This document shows, one piece after another, positions 1 to 12,135 of a stretch of DNA of 64,000 nucleotides. The position numbers were made by a program, and so were the translations under genes. Below the pieces are notes generated by a model. That model searched no databases. It saw nothing but the letters and a program-made list of their open reading frames with translations, and was not told where the DNA came from. Every line of letters begins with the position of its first letter. The first letter of the stretch is position 1. The DNA comes from Eledone cirrhosa (Eukaryota), in NCBI GenBank assembly GCA_964016885.1, contig OZ024759.1:2542001-2606000 (forward strand), read 5' to 3'.

Positions 1-3000
1 TAACAAAGAGGTTAAAGTTCTGTTTCGCCCATGTTTCTACCTCCTCACTATTTGAGGTAACAAAGGGGTTAAAGTTCAGTTTCACCCATGTTTCTACCCC
101 CTCACTAGTTGAGGTAACAAAGGGGTTAAAGTTCTGTTTCACCCATGTTCCCCCTCCTAACTAGTTGAGGTAACAAATAGGTTAAAGTTCTGTTTCACCC
201 ATGTTTCTACCCCCTCACTAGTTGAGGTAACAAAGGGGTTAAAGTTCTGTTTCACCCAGTTTCCCCCTCCTCACTAGTTGAGGTTAAAGTTCTGTTTCCC
301 CCATGTTTCTCGCTCCTCACTATTTGAGGTAACAAAGAGGTTAAAGTTCTATTTCACCCATGTTTCTCCCTCCTCACTAGGTGAGGTAACAAAGAGGTTA
401 GAGTTCTGTTTCACCCATGTTTCTACCTTCCTCACTAGTTGAGGTAACAAAGAGGTTAAAGTTCTGTTTCACCCATGTTTCTACCTTCCTCACTAGTTGA
501 GGTAACAAAGAGGTTAAAGTTCTGTTTCACCCATGTTTCTACCTCCTCAATAGTTGAGGTAACAAAGAGGTTAAAGTTCTGTTTCAACCATGACTCTTCC
601 TCCTCACTAGTTGAGGTAACAAAGAGTTTAAAGTTCAATTTTCACCCATGTTTCTACCTGCTCACTAGGTGAGGTAACAAAGAGGTTAAAGTTCTGTTTC
701 ACCCATGGTTCTCCCTCCTCACTAGTTGAGGTAACAAAGAGGTTAAAGTTCTGTTTCACCCATGTTTCTACCTCCTCACTAGTTGAGGTAACAAAGAGGT
801 TAAAGTTCTGTTTCACCCATGTTTCTCCATCCTCACTACTTGAGGTAACCAAGAGGTTAAAGTTCTATTTCACCCATGTTCCTCCTTCCTTACTACTTGA
901 GGTAACAAAGAGGTTAAAGTTCTGTTTCATCCATGTATCTCCCTCTTTACTAGTTGAGGTAACAAAGAGGTTAAAGTTCTGTTTCACCCATGTTTCTCCC
1001 TCCTCACTAGTCGAGGTAACAAAGAGGTTAAAGTTCTGTTTCACCCACGTTTCTACCTCCTCACTAGTTGAGGTAACAAAGAGGTTAAAGTTCTGTTTCA
1101 CCCATGTTTCTCCCTCCTCATTAGTTGAGGTAACAAAGAAGTTAAAGTTCTGTTTCACCCATGTTTCTATCTCCTCACTAGTTGAGGTAACAAAGAGGTT
1201 AAAGTTCTGTTTCACCCATGTTTCTCCCTCCTCACTAGTTGAGGTAACACAGAGGTTGAAGTTCTGTTTCACACATGTTTCTACCTTCCTCAATATTTGA
1301 GGTAACAAAGAGGTTAAAGTTCTGTTTCACCCATGTTTCTACCTCCTCACTAGTTGAGGTAACAAAGAGGTTAAAGTTCTGTTTCACCCAAGTTTCTCCC
1401 TCCTCACTAGTTGAGGTAACAAAGAGGTTAAAGTTCTGTTTCACCCATGTTTCTCACCCCTCACTAGTTGAGGTAACAAAGAGGTTAAAGTTCTGTTTCA
1501 CCCATGTTTCTACCTCCTCACTAGGTGAGGTAACAAAGAGGTTAAAGTTCTGTTTCACCCATGTTTCTCCCTCCTCATTAGTTGAGGTAACAAAGAGGTT
1601 AAAGTTCTGTTTCACCCATGTTTCTCCCTCCTCACTATTGAGGTAGCAAAGAGGTTAAAGTTCTGTTTCACACATGTTTCTCCCTCCTTACTAGTTGAGG
1701 TAACAATGAGGTTAAAGTTCTGTTTCACCCATGTTTCTACCCCTTACAAGTTGAGGTAACAAAGAGATTAAAGTTCTGTTTCACCCCTGTTTCTACCTCC
1801 TCCCTAGTTGAGGTAACAAAGAGGTTAAAGTTCTGTTTCCCCCATGTTTCTCCCTCCTCACTATTTGAGGTAACAAATAGGTTAAAGTTCTGTTTCAGCC
1901 ATGTTTCTCCCCCCTCACTAGTTTAGGTAACAAAGAGGTTAAAGTTCTGTTTCACCCATGTTTCTCCCTCCTCACTAGTTGAGGTAACAAAGAGGTTGAA
2001 GTTCTGTTTCACCCATGTTTCTACCTTCCTCACTATTTGAGGTAACAAAGAGGTTAAAGTTCTGTTTCACCCATGTTTCTACCTCCTCACTAGTTGAGGT
2101 AACAAAGAGGTTAAAGTTCTGTTTCACCCATGTTTCTCCCTCCTCACTAGTTGAGGTAACAAAGAGGTTAAAGTTCTGTTTCACCCATGTTTCTCCCTCC
2201 TCACTAGTTGAGGTAACAAAGAGGTTAAAGTTCTGTTTCACCCATGTTTCTCCCTCCTCACTAGTTGAGGTAACAAAGAGGTCAAAGTTCTGTTTCACCC
2301 ATGTTTCTCCTTCCTTACCATTTGAGGTAACAAAGAGGTTAAAATTCTGTTTCACCCATGTTCTCCCTCCTCACTAGTTGAGGTAACAAAGAGGTTAGAG
2401 TTCTGTTTCACCCATGTTGCTATCTCCTCACTATTTGAGGTAACAAAAAGGTTAAAGTTCTGTTTCACCCATGTTTCTCTCTCCTCACTATTTGAGGTAA
2501 CAAAGAGGTTAAAGTTCTGTTTCACCCATGTTTCTCCCTCCTCACTATTAGAGGTAACAAAGAGGTTAAAGTTCTGTTTCACCCATGTTTCTACCTCCTC
2601 ACTAGTTGAGGTAACAAAGAGGTTAAAGTTCTGTTTCACCCATGTTTCTACCTCCTCACTGGTTGAGGTAACAAAGAGGTTAATGTTCTGATTCACCCAT
2701 GTTTCTACCTCCTCACTATTTGAGGTAACAAAGAAGTTAAAGTTCTGTTTAACCCATGTTTCTCCCTCCTCACTAGTTGAGGTAACAAAGAGCTTAGAGT
2801 TCTGTTTCACCCATGTTTCTACCTCCTCACTACTTGAGGTAACAAAGAGGTTAAAGTTCTGTTTCACCCATGTTTCTCCCTCCTCACTAGTTGAGGTAAC
2901 AAAGAGGTTAGAGTTCTGTTTCACCCATGTTACTACCTCCTCACTAGTTTAGGTAACAAAGAGGTTAAAGTTCTGTTTCACCCATGTTTCCACCTTCCTC

Positions 3001-6000
3001 ACTAGTTGAGGTAACAAAGAGGTTAAAGTTCTGTTTCACCCATGTTTCTACCTGCTCACTAGGTGAGGTAACAAAGAGGTTAAAGTTCTGTTTCACCCAT
3101 GTTTCTCCCTCCTCACTAGTTGAGGTAACAAAGAGGTTAAAGTTCTGTTTCACCCATGTTTCTACCTCCTCACTACTTGAGGTAACAAAGAGGTTAAAGT
3201 TCTGTTTCACCCATGTTTCTCCATCCTCACTACTTGAGGTAACCAAGAGGTTAAAGTTCTATTTCACCCATGTTTCTCCTTCCTTACTACTTGAGGTAAC
3301 AAAGAGGTTAAAGTTCTGTTTCATCCATGTATCTCCCTCTTTACTAGTTGAGGTAACAAAGAGGTTAAATTTCTGTTTCACCCATGTTTCTCCCTCCTCA
3401 TTAGTTGAGGTAACAAAGAAGTTAAAGTTCTGTTTCACCCATGTTTCTATCTCCTCACTAGTTGAGGTAACAAAGAGGTTAAAGTTCTGTTTCACCCATG
3501 TTTCTCCTCCTCACTAGTTGAGGTAACAAAGAGGTTAAAGTTCTGTTTCACCCATGGACCTAGCTCCTGACTAGGTGAGGTAACAAAGAGGTTAAAGTTC
3601 TGTTTCACCCATGTTTCTACCTCCTCAATAGTTGAGGTAACAAAGAGGTTAAAGTTCTGTTTTACCCATGTTTCTACCTCCTCACTATTTGAGGTAACAA
3701 AGAGGTTGAAGTTCTGTTTCACCCATGTTTCTACCTTCCTCACTATTTGAGGTAACAAAGAGGTTAAAGTTCTGTTTCACCCATGTTTCTACCTCCTCAC
3801 TAGTTGAGGTAACAAAGAGGTTAAAGTTCTGTTTCACCCATGTTTCTCCCTCCTCACTAGTTGAGGTAACAAAGAGGTTAAAGTTCTGTTTCACCCATGT
3901 TTCTCCCTCCTCACTAGTTGAGGTAACAAAGAGGTTGAAGTTCTATTTCACCCATGTTTGTACCTCCTCACTAGTTGAGGTAACAAAGAGGTTAAAGTTC
4001 TGTTTCACCCATGGACCTAGCTCCTGACTAGTTGAGGTAACAAAGAGGTTAATGTTCTGTTTCACCCATGTTTCTACCTCCTCAATAGTTGAGGTAACAA
4101 AGAGGTTAAAGTTGTGTTTCACCCATGTTTCTACCTCCTCACTATTTGAGGTAACAAAGAGGTTAAAAGTTCTGTTTCACCCATGTTTCTCGCCCCACAC
4201 TAGTTGAGGTAACAAAGAGGTTAAAGTTCTGTTCCACCCATGTTTCTCCCCCCTCACTAGTTGAGGTAACAAAGAGGTTAAAGTTCAGTTTCACCCATGT
4301 TTCTCCCTCCTCACTACTTGAGGTAACAAAGAGGTTCAAGTTCTGTTTCGCCCATGTTTCTACCTCCTCACTATTTGAGGTAACAAAGGGGTTAAAGTTC
4401 AGTTTCACCCATGTTTCTACCCCCTCACTAGTTGAGGTAACAAAGGGGTTAAAGTTCTGTTTCACCCATGTTCCCCCTCCTCACTAGTTGAGGTTAAAGT
4501 TCTGTTTCCCCCATGTTTCTCGCTCCTCACTATTTGAGGTAACAAAGAGGTTAAAGTTCTGTTTCACCCATGTTTCTCCCTCCTCACTAGTTGACGTAAC
4601 AAAGAGGTTAGAGTTCTGTTTCACCCATGTTACTACCTCCTCACTAGTTGAGGTAACAAAGAGGTTAAAGTTCTGTTTCACCCATGTTTCTACCTTCCTC
4701 ACTAGTTGAGGTAACAAAGAGGTTAAAGTTCTGTTTCACCCATGTTTCTACCTCCTCAATAGTTGAGGTAACAAAGAGGTTAAAATTCTGTTTCACCCAT
4801 GACTCTTCCTCCTCACTAGTTGAGGTAACAAAGAGGTTAAAGTTCTGTTTCACCCATGTTTCTCCCTCCTCATTAGTTCAGGTAACAAAGAGGTTAAAGT
4901 TCTGTTTCACCCATGTTCCTACCTCCTAACTAGTTGATGTAACAAAGAGTTTAAAGTTCAGTTTCACCCATGTTTCTACCTGCTCACTAGGTGAGGTAAC
5001 AAAGAGGTTAAAGTTCTGTTTCACCCATGGTTCTCCCTCCTCACTAGTTGAGGTAACAAAGAGGTTAAAGTTCTGTTTCACCCATGTTTCTACCTCCTCA
5101 CTAGTTGAGGTAACAAAGAGGTTAAAGTTCTGTTTCACCCATGTTTCTCCATCCTCACTACTTGAGGTAACAAAGAGGTTAAAGTTCTGTTTCACCCATG
5201 TTTCTACCTCCTCACTAGTTGAGGTAACAAAGAGGTTAAAGTTCTGTTTCACCCAAGTTTCTCCCTCCTCACTAGTTGAGGTAACAAAGAGGTTAAAGTT
5301 CTGTTTCACCCATGTTTCTCACCCCTCACTAGTTGAGGTAACAAAGAGGTTAAAGTTCTGTTTCACCCATGTTTCTACCTCCTCACTAGTTGAGGTAACA
5401 AAGAGGTTAAAGTTCTGTTTCACCCATGTTTCTCCCTCCTCATTAGTTGAGGTAACAAAGAGGTTAAAGTTCTGTTTCACCCATGTTTCTCCCTCCTCAC
5501 TATTGAGGTAACAAAGAGGTTAAAGTTCTGTTTCACACATGTTTCTCCCTCCTTACTAGTTGAGGTAACAATGAGGTTAAAGTTCTGTTTCACCCATGTT
5601 TCTCCTTCCTTACCATTTGAGGTAACAAAGAGGTTAAAGTTCTGTTTCACCCATGTTCTCCCTCCTCACTAGTTGAGGTAACAAAGAGATTAAAGTTCTG
5701 TTTCACCCCTGTTTCTACCTCCTCCCTAGTTGAGGTAACAAAGAGGCTAAAGTTCTGTTTCCCCCATGTTTCTCCCTCCTCACTATTTGAGGTAACAAAG
5801 AGGTCAAAGTTCTGTTTCACCCATGTTTCTCCTTCCTTACCATTTGAGGTAACAAAGAGGTTAAAGTTCTGTTTCACCCATGTTCTCCCTCCTCACTAGT
5901 TGAGGTAACAAAGAGGTTAGAGTTCTGTTTCACCCATGTTGCTACCTCCTCACTATTTGAGGTAACAAAAAGGTTAAAGTTCTGTTTCACCCATGTTTCT

Positions 6001-7744
6001 CTCTCCTCACTATTTGAGGTAACAAAGAGGTTAAAGTTCTGTTTCACCCATGGACCTAGCTCCTGACTAATTTAGGTAACAAAGAGGTTAAAGTTCTGTT
6101 TCACCCATGTTTCTACCTCCTCAATAGTTGAGGTAACAAAGAGGTTAAAGTTCTGTTTCACCCATGTTTCTACCTCCTCACTATTTGAGGTAACAAAGAG
6201 GTTGAAGTTCTGTTTCACCCATGTTTCTACCTTCCTCACTATTTGAGGTAACAAAGAGGTTAAAGTTCTGTTTCACCCATGTTTCTACCTCCTCACTAGT
6301 TGAGGTAACAAAGAGGTTAAAGTTCTGTTTCACCCATGTTTCTCCCTCCTCACTAGTTGAGGTAACAAAGAGGTTAAAGTTCTGTTTCACCCATGTTTCT
6401 CCCTCCTCACTAGTTGAGGTAACAAAGAGCTTAGAGTTCTGTTTCACCCATGTTTCTACCTCCTCACTATTTGAGGTAACAAAGAGGTTAAAGTTCTGTT
6501 TCACCCATGGACCTAGCTCCTGACTAGTTGAGGTAACAAAGAGGTTAATGTTCTGTTTCACCCATTTTTCTACCTCCTCAATAGTTGAGGTAACAAAGAG
6601 GTTAAAGTTGTGTTTCACCCATGTTTCTACCTCCTCACTATTTGAGGTAACAAAGAGGTTAAAAGTTCTGTTTCACCCATGTTTCTCCCTCCTCGCTAAT
6701 GAGGTAACAAAGAGGTTAAAGTTCTGTTTCACCCATGTTTCTCGCCCCACACTAGTTGAGGTAACAAAGAGGTTAAAGTTCTGTTCCACCCATGTTTCTC
6801 CCCCCTCACTAGTTGAGGTAACAAAGAGGTTAAAGTTCAGTTTCACCCATGTTTCTCCCTCCTCACTACTTGAGGTAACAAAGAGGTTAAAGTTCTGTTT
6901 CGCCCATGTTTCTACCTCCTCACTATTTGAGGTAACAAAGGGGTTAAAGTTCAGTTTCACCCATGTTTCTACCCCCTCACTAGTTGAGGTAACAAAGGGG
7001 TTAAAGTTCTGTTTCACCCATGTTTCTCCCTCCTCACTAGTTGAGGTAACAAAGAGGTTAGAGTTCTGTTTCACCCATGTTTCTACCTCCTCACTAGTTG
7101 AGGTAACAAAGAGGTTAGAGTTCTGTTTCACCCATGTTCCTACCTCCTAACTAGTTGAGGTAACAAAGAGTTTAAAGTTCAGTTTCACCCATGTTTCTAC
7201 CTGCTCACTAGGTGAGGTAACAAAGAGGTTAAAGTTCTGTTTCACCCATGGTTCTCCCTCCTCACTAGTTGAGGTAACAAAGAGGTTAAAGTTCTGTTTC
7301 ACCCATGTTTCTACCTCCTCACTAGTTGAGGTAACAAAGAGGTTAAAGTTCTGTTTCACCCATGTTTCTCCATCCTCACTACTTGAGGTAACCAAGAGGT
7401 TAAAGTTCTATTTTACCCATGTTTCTCCTTCCTTACTACTTGAGGTAACAAAGAGGTTAAAGTTCTGTTTCATCCATGTATCTCCCTCTTTACTAGTTGA
7501 GGTAACAAAGAGGTTAAAGTTCTGTTTCACCCATGTTTCTCCCTCCTCACTAGTCGAGGTAACAAAGAGGTTAAAGTTCTGTTTCACCCATGTTTCTACC
7601 TCCTCACTAGTTGAGGTAACAAAGAGGTTAAAGTTCTGTTTCACCCATGTTTCTCCCTCCTCATTAGTTGAGGTAACAAAGAAGTTAAAGTTCTGTTTCA
7701 CCCCTGTTTCTATCTCCTCACTAGTTGAGGTAACAAAGAGGTTA

Positions 7745-10700
7745 AAGTTCTGTTTCACCCATGTTTCTCCCTCCTCACTAGTTGAGGTAACACAGATGTT
7801 GAAGTTCTGTTTCACCCATGTTTCTACCTTCCTCACTATTTGAGGTAACAAAGAGGTTAAAGTTCTGTTTCACCCATGTTTCTACCTCCTCACTAGTTGA
7901 GGTAACAAAGAGGTTAGAGTTCTGTTTCACCCAAGTTTCTCCCTCCTCACTAGTTGAGGTAACAAAGAGGTTAAAGTTCTGTTTCACCCATGTTTCTCAC
8001 CCCTCACTAGTTGAGGTAACAAAGAGGTTAAAGTTCTGTTTCACCCATGTTTCTACCTCCTCACTAGTTGAGGTAACAAAGAGGTTAAAGTTCTGTTTCA
8101 CCCATGTTTCTCCCTCCTCATTAGTTGAGGTAACAAAGAGGTTAAAGTTCTGTTTCACCCATGTTTCTCCCTCCTCACTATTGAGGTAACAAAGAGGTTA
8201 AAGTTCTGTTTCACACATGTTTCTCCCTCCTTACTAGTTGAGGTAACAATGAGGTTAAAGTTCTGTTTCACCCATGTTTCTACCCCTTACAAGTTGAGGT
8301 AACAATGAGATTAAAGTTCTGTTTCACCCATGGTTCTCCCTCCTCACTAGTTGAGGTAACAAAGAGGTTAAAGTTCTGTTTCACCCATGTTTCTACCTCC
8401 TCACTAGTTGAGGTAACAAAGAGGTTAAAGTTCTGTTTCACCCATGTTTCTCCATCCTCACTACTTGAGGTAACCAAGAGGTTAAAGTTCTATTTTACCC
8501 ATGTTTCTCCTTCCTTACTACTTGAGGTAACAAAGAGGTTAAAGTTCTGTTTCATCCATGTATCTCCCTCTTTACTAGTTGAGGTAACAAAGAGGTTAAA
8601 GTTCTGTTTCACCCATGTTTCTCCCTCCTCACTAGTCGAGGTAACAAAGAGGTTAAAGTTCTGTTTCACCCATGTTTCTATCTCCTCACTAGTTGAGGTA
8701 ACAAAGAGGTTAAAGTTCTGTTTCACCCATGTTTCTCCCTCCTCACTAGTTGAGGTAACACAGAGGTTGAAGTTCTGTTTCACCCATGTTTCTACCTTCC
8801 TCACTATTTGAGGTAACAAAGAGGTTAAAGTTCTGTTTCACCCATGTTTCTACCTCCTCACTAGTTGAGGTAACAAAGAGGTTAGAGTTCTGTTTCACCC
8901 AAGTTTCTCCCTCCTCACTAGTTGAGGTAACAAAGAGGTTAAAGTTCTGTTTCACCCATGTTTCTCACCCCTCACTAGTTGAGGTAACAAAGAGGTTAAA
9001 GTTCTGTTTCACCCATGTTTCTACCTCCTCACTAGTTGAGGTAACAAAGAGGTTAAAGTTCTGTTTCACCCATGTTTCTCCCTCCTCATTAGTTGAGGTA
9101 ACAAAGAGGTTAAAGTTCTGTTTCACCCATGTTTCTCCCTCCTCACTATTGAGGTAACAAAGAGGTTAAAGTTCTGTTTCACACATGTTTCTCCCTCCTT
9201 ACTAGTTGAGGTAACAATGAGGTTAAAGTTCTGTTTCACCCATGTTTCTACCCCTTACAAGTTGAGGTAACAATGAGATTAAAGTTCTGTTTCACCCCTG
9301 TTTCTACCTCCTCCCTAGTTGAGGTAACAAAGAGGTTAAAGTTCTGTTTCCCCCATGTTTCTCCCTCCTCACTATTTGAGGTAACAAATAGGTTAAAGTT
9401 CTGTTTCAGCCATGTTTCTCCCCCCTCACTAGTTTAGGTAACAAAGAGGTTAAAGTTCTGTTTCACCCACGTTTCTCCCTCCTCACTAGTTGAGGTAACA
9501 AAGAGGTTGAAGTTCTGTTTCACCCATGTTTCTACCTTCCTCACTATTTGAGGTAACAAAGAGGTTAAAGTTCTGTTTCACCCATGTTTCTACCTCCTCA
9601 CTAGTTGAGGTAACAAAGAGGTTAAAGTTCTGTTTCACCCATGTTTCTCCCTCCTCACTAGTTGAGGTAACAAAGAGGTTAAAGTTCTGTTTCACCCATG
9701 TTTCTCCCTCCTCACTAGTTGAGGTAACAAAGAGGTTAAAGTTCTGTTTCACCCATGTTTCTCCCTCCTCACTAGTTGAGGTAACAAAGAGGTCAAAGTT
9801 CTGTTTCACCCATGTTTCTCCTTCCTTACCATTTGAGGTAACAAAGAGGTTAAAATTCTGTTTCACCCATGTTTTCCCTCCTCACTAGTTGAGGTAACAA
9901 AGAGGTTAGAGTTCTGTTTCACCCATGTTGCTATCTCCTCACTATTTGAGGTAACAAAAAGGTTAAAGTTCTGTTTCACCCATGTTTCTCTCTCCTCACT
10001 ATTTGAGGTAACAAAGAGGTTAAAGTTCTGTTTCACCCATGTTTCTCCCTCCTCACTAGTTGAGGTAACACAGAGGTTGAAGTTCTGTTTCACCCATGTT
10101 TCTACCTTCCTCACTATTTGAGGTAACAAAGAGGTTAAAGTTCTGTTTCACCCATGTTTCTACCTCCTCACTAGTTGAGGTAACAAAGAGGTTAGAGTTC
10201 TGTTTCACCCAAGTTTCTCCCTCCTCACTAGTTGAGGTAACAAAGAGGTTAAAGTTCTGTTTCACCCATGTTTCTCACCCCTCACTAGTTGAGGTAACAA
10301 AGAGGTTAAAGTTCTGTTTCACCCATGTTTCTACCTCCTCACTAGTTGAGGTAACAAAGAGGTTAAAGTTCTGTTTCACCCATGTTTCTCCCTCCTCATT
10401 AGTTGAGGTAACAAAGAGGTTAAAGTTCTGTTTCACCCATGTTTCTCCCTCCTCACTATTGAGGTAACAAAGAGGTTAAAGTTCTGTTTCACACATGTTT
10501 CTCCCTCCTTACTAGTTGAGGTAACAATGAGGTTAAAGTTCTGTTTCACCCATGTTTCTACCCCTTACAAGTTGAGGTAACAATGAGATTAAAGTTCTGT
10601 TTCACCCATGGTTCTCCCTCCTCACTAGTTGAGGTAACAAAGAGGTTAAAGTTCTGTTTCACCCATGTTTCTACCTCCTCACTAGTTGAGGTAACAAAGA

Positions 10701-12135
10701 GGTTAAAGTTCTGTTTCACCCATGTTTCTCCATCCTCACTACTTGAGGTAACCAAGAGGTTAAAGTTCTATTTTACCCATGTTTCTCCTTCCTTACTACT
10801 TGAGGTAACAAAGAGGTTAAAGTTCTGTTTCATCCATGTATCTCCCTCTTTACTAGTTGAGGTAACAAAGAGGTTAAAGTTCTGTTTCACCCATGTTTCT
10901 CCCTCCTCACTAGTCGAGGTAACAAAGAGGTTAAAGTTCTGTTTCACCCATGTTTCTATCTCCTCACTAGTTGAGGTAACAAAGAGGTTAAAGTTCTGTT
11001 TCACCCATGTTTCTCCCTCCTCACTAGTTGAGGTAACACAGAGGTTGAAGTTCTGTTTCACCCATGTTTCTACCTTCCTCACTATTTGAGGTAACAAAGA
11101 GGTTAAAGTTCTGTTTCACCCATGTTTCTACCTCCTCACTAGTTGAGGTAACAAAGAGGTTAGAGTTCTGTTTCACCCAAGTTTCTCCCTCCTCACTAGT
11201 TGAGGTAACAAAGAGGTTAAAGTTCTGTTTCACCCATGTTTCTCACCCCTCACTAGTTGAGGTAACAAAGAGGTTAAAGTTCTGTTTCACCCATGTTTCT
11301 ACCTCCTCACTAGTTGAGGTAACAAAGAGGTTAAAGTTCTGTTTCACCCATGTTTCTCCCTCCTCATTAGTTGAGGTAACAAAGAGGTTAAAGTTCTGTT
11401 TCACCCATGTTTCTCCCTCCTCACTATTGAGGTAACAAAGAGGTTAAAGTTCTGTTTCACACATGTTTCTCCCTCCTTACTAGTTGAGGTAACAATGAGG
11501 TTAAAGTTCTGTTTCACCCATGTTTCTACCCCTTACAAGTTGAGGTGACAATGAGATTAAAGTTCTGTTTCACCCCTGTTTCTACCTCCTCCCTAGTTGA
11601 GGTAACAAAGAGGTTAAAGTTCTGTTTCCCCCATGTTTCTCCCTCCTCACTATTTGAGGTAACAAATAGGTTAAAGTTCTGTTTCAGCCATGTTTCTCCC
11701 CCCTCACTAGTTTAGGTAACAAAGAGGTTAAAGTTCTGTTTCACCCACGTTTCTCCCTCCTCACTAGTTGAGGTAACAAAGAGGTTGAAGTTCTGTTTCA
11801 CCCATGTTTCTACCTTCCTCACTATTTGAGGTAACAAAGAGGTTAAAGTTCTGTTTCACCCATGTTTCTACCTCCTCACTAGTTGAGGTAACAAAGAGGT
11901 TAAAGTTCTGTTTCACCCATGTTTCTCCCTCCTCACTAGTTGAGGTAACAAAGAGGTTAAAGTTCTGTTTCACCCATGTTTCTCCCTCCTCACTAGTTGA
12001 GGTAACAAAGAGGTTAAAGTTCTGTTTCACCCATGTTTCTCCCTCCTCACTAGTTGAGGTAACAAAGAGGTCAAAGTTCTGTTTCACCCATGTTTCTCCT
12101 TCCTTACCATTTGAGGTAACAAAGAGGTTAAAATT
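7745..12135. repeat. 2,278-bp (40-monomer) tandem duplication, junction near 10,025-10,070
   Basis: A constant offset of 2278 links marker pairs 7778/10056, 8280/10558, 8746/11024 and 9486/11764. Confidence 0.88.

Noticed and set aside
53-80. Loose resemblance of TGAGGTAACAAAGAGGTTAAAGTT to mature let-7 as a miRNA gene
   Set aside because: Only the first 7 nt match contiguously, the rest needs several gaps, and there is no long pre-miRNA hairpin. Only the seed-site observation is kept, at low interest.
728-784. Splice-donor-like GAG|GTAAC, pyrimidine tract TTCTGTTTCA[C/G], and Shine-Dalgarno-like GAGG / GAGGAGG in each monomer
   Set aside because: These short motifs are expected by chance and are multiplied by the repeat. 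The consensus has CAC rather than an acceptor CAG, and no coherent exon or gene structure results.
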